Both the position numbers and the translations under genes were made by a program. DNA of 63,523 nt, the filler included, from Octopus bimaculoides (lineage: Eukaryota), in assembly GCF_001194135.2 (NCBI RefSeq). It is 4 parts of 4 records of this genome, joined end to end, with 100 filler letters (N's around TTAATTAATTAA, not from the genome) between each part and the next. Parts side by side here need not be neighbours in the genome. Positions count along the whole stretch, not along the records: positions 43,855 to 62,139 come from NC_068994.1; positions 62,240 to 63,523 come from NC_068984.1; 2 more parts are not named here. One strand, given 5' to 3'. How positions within the stretch are numbered: position 1 is the first letter of the stretch; each line of letters opens with the position of its first letter. This document shows, piece after piece, positions 60,775-63,523 of this stretch. The notes below the pieces were generated by a model. The model made no database searches and had not been told where the DNA came from. It was given only the letters and a program-made list of their open reading frames with translations.

Positions 60775-61265
60775 TATGGAGGAAGATGGAGTGATGGTGA
60801 TGATGATTATGATAAGGATTTTGAGAAGGAAGATAATCATCTGTACATTATCATCACGTAGATAATAGTGAAGAAGATGATAGTGGTGGTGGTGATGTTA
60901 ATACTGATGTTAATAAGCTGATATCAATGATGATGATGATGATGAAGCTTATGATGATGATGATATTCATTATGTCAGTAGTCTGTTATTATTATCATGA
61001 AGATGATGAAAGAGAGCAATGGCACAGATGGTGGTGGTGAACAGGTAACAGTGGTTGTGGTGGGGATGCTAATGATGATAAAAGTTATTACAATCATGGT
61101 GAAGGTAGTGTGTTGGCAACGGCGGTGATTACAATGACGACAATGGTTGTGGATGAAGTGAGGGTGGGTGTTGTGGTGGTGGTAGTGGTAGTGGTGATGT
61201 GATAGCACAATAAATGACAGGTGTAGGCATTGGAGAGTGATGCTGATAAGTAATGATGCAGCAGG
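60775..61265. repeat. Degenerate (GAT/GGT) trinucleotide low-complexity tract
   Basis: Visible mixed triplet repeats. Confidence 0.9.
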
Positions 61266-61279
61266 TAGTAAATGAATAT

Positions 61280-61349
<70 letters not shown>

Positions 61350-61647
61350 TAATAAAAAAACATGGAAAAAATAAACAAAAACAAAAAAAAACTTACAATA
61401 GATAAATTAAATACTCTTATAAGTAATCTATGATTTCAAAAGTTATTAACTGAAATTTAATTGAAATATGAGACTCAGAGGAACATTGGCTGAGGAAAGG
61501 AGAGAAGAAGGTAAATAAACAAATATAATAAATAAATAAATAAATAAATAAATAATGGGAAAAAAACCGGAAACAAATTAAGTTGCTTTAATATAGGACT
61601 TGAAAATGCATGCATGTGTATGAGTGTGCATAAACATATAAATATAT

Positions 61648-61682
<35 letters not shown>

Positions 61683-61787
61683 CATATATATACACACACA
61701 TATACGTGTACGTGTATATACACACACACACACATATTCTATTAAGTGCTAGTAGGAACACCACATTTATTTTGTTTTTCAACCATA

Positions 61788-61814
61788 ATCTATATATATA
61801 AAAATGAGAATGTG

Positions 61815-61845
<31 letters not shown>

Positions 61846-62118
61846 GTGAATCCCTAAAACTCGAGAACTACGCAACCAATTTCATTCAAATTTTACACAT
61901 GCCTTACTTAGGGTTCCAGTTGTGTTTTAGTCAAAAAAAATTATTAACTTCTTGCAGAGTTCGAGCACACGGCAACATAATATCTCCTCCACTATTTAAG
62001 TATTACGTGTCAAAAGTGAAACAAAAACACTCATGTCAAATACTTTCACTTTAAAAATGAAACTATTCCACTAACTGAAACAATCACATTTCGATACTGT
62101 AGTGACAGATACTTTCAC
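61788..62118 (+). mobile_element. Helitron/Helentron-like non-autonomous element (DINE-1/Lep1-like architecture)
   Basis: atctatatatataaaaatgagaatg-(tgtc)n...gcaaccaatttcattcaaattttacac. Confidence 0.65.
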
Positions 62119-62281
62119 AGAGAGAGAAAGAGAGAAAGANNNNNNNNNNNNNNNNNNNNNNNNNNNNNNNNNNNNNNNNNNNNTTAATTAATTAANNNNN
62201 NNNNNNNNNNNNNNNNNNNNNNNNNNNNNNNNNNNNNNNCACTGTTGCTGACCTTATCATTGTTGTTGTTGTTGTTGTTAC

Positions 62282-63292
62282 CAATGCATCTTCTTCCCAT
62301 TTGCGTATCAACCACAGGATGCACTCCTTCAACAGGGCCACAGATCTTCCGGCTGCTATTGCTGACCCGTGCTGGGCCTGAAAGCTGTGGTCTCGAAGAG
62401 TCGGTAAGGACCACTGAGCTGTTGTGTTGCTGTATTGAAGAAAACTGGGGATGAATAGACAGAGCAGCAGCACCACCACCACCACCACCACCACCACTGA
62501 CATCAGCAGCAGCAGAACTGGCAACAGTACCTGTAGTAGTAGTAGTAGTAGTAGTAGTAGTAAGAGTAGTAGTAGTAGTAATAGTTGTACCAAGCGTCGA
62601 GGCTAAGGAGAAACCTCCAATGATACTTCTATTCTCGTTGCCTTCTGCTCCAGTCTCTCCCTGTTGAACCATCAAGATGTTTGTTGTGCNNNNNNNNNNN
62701 NNNNNNNNNNNNNNNNNNNNNNNNNNNNNNNNNNNNNNNNNNNNNNNNNNNNNNNNNNNNNNNNNNNNNNNNNNNNNNNNNNNNNNNNNTTATGTTCCAG
62801 GATATCCAGTAGTTTGTGGTAGACCTTGTTGCATAATCCACAGATGAAGGTGTCCAATTTACCAGATGACACTCGGTCCCTCGCTCGGGTTTTCATTTTA
62901 TCCAGATTGTAAACCTCAATCACGAAGTTATTCGGCGTGTCCGGAGGCCGAGGGGCCTGGAAACCATTAGTGGCCATCAGAGCAGGGTTAGTGGTCAGCT
63001 TGTGGTTTTCCACGGAAACGGGTAGAGAACCGGGTAGTGAGGCCACACCGGACGACACCACTGTGTTCACACTGTTGTTGTTGTTAATGTTGATATTGTT
63101 CTTGCTGTGATTAGCGTTGCTATTGTCGGTGTTGTAGTAGTTGTTGTTGAAGTGGTCACCGGACAACAGGGAAATGTTAACACTCTCTTTTCTTTCCATT
63201 TCAGTCTCTGAATATATTTGCTTACGGCGATCTTCACTTGCGTTGGTGTTGACGATGTTGGTTAGCCCCAGGTCAATCCAAGACGGACAGAC
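62282..63292 (-). CDS. Large exon of a low-complexity zinc-finger protein, putative transcription factor
   Basis: Open frame from the candidate acceptor gattatAG|GTC (63292) through ATG 63199, poly-Asn and DTFICGLCNKVYHKLLDILEH (C-x2-C-x12-H). A 100-N gap follows (62690-62789), then an open frame with poly-Thr and poly-Gly. Candidate phase-1 donor G|GTAACA at 62282/62281. GC-richer than flanks. Confidence 0.75.
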
Positions 63293-63523
63293 CTATAATC
63301 AAATACATCCAAGTGGCCATCCCGTAGGCCTGTTGTCAAAGTTGATGTATATTTAATACTACATTATCCAACATGTCCTTCTTTAAAGACAGTAACGGTG
63401 TAGATTAACAGAGATGTCGATGCTATTTCTCACAAGTCATGGAACTAATGGATCTTTTTGTTGTTATTGTTGGTGTTATGTAACTCATTGAGTCCTAGGT
63501 CAACCCTAAGAAAACAAATCTGC

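Noticed and set aside
60085-61208. Candidate extra exons in the zinc-finger gene intron
   Set aside because: The 60085-60327 ORF lacks a convincing in-frame acceptor/donor pair, and 60975-61208 is triplet-repeat translation.
62672-62689. Stop after AQQTS ending the 175-aa ORF
   Set aside because: The frame across the 100-N gap is arbitrary; another frame stays open for more than 130 codons beyond the gap.

Overview
AT-rich, microsatellite-dense eukaryotic draft scaffold with many N gaps. The SINE families, MITEs and (CA)/(TA) tracts point to a cephalopod, probably Octopus (inference). Only one host gene is supported: a minus-strand, low-complexity zinc-finger protein gene, with a large exon at about 63292-62282 and a probable terminal exon at 53281-52995. 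Most of the rest is decayed mobile DNA: CRE-like, R4/Dong-like and CR1-like LINE fragments, several Penelope-like element (PLE) pieces, an RT-less Gypsy element, a Gag/ORF1-only element between direct repeats, Tc1 remnants, hAT/Merlin/mariner/piggyBac-type MITEs, Helentron-like elements and about 30 tRNA-derived SINEs. The strongest signal is a near-perfect palindrome at 31570-31942 carrying a full type-I hammerhead ribozyme core on each strand, next to a PLE RT fragment. Two more hammerhead-like motifs lie at about 45.0-45.3 kb. All assignments were made by eye from motifs; no searches were run, so family names and approximate boundaries need confirmation.
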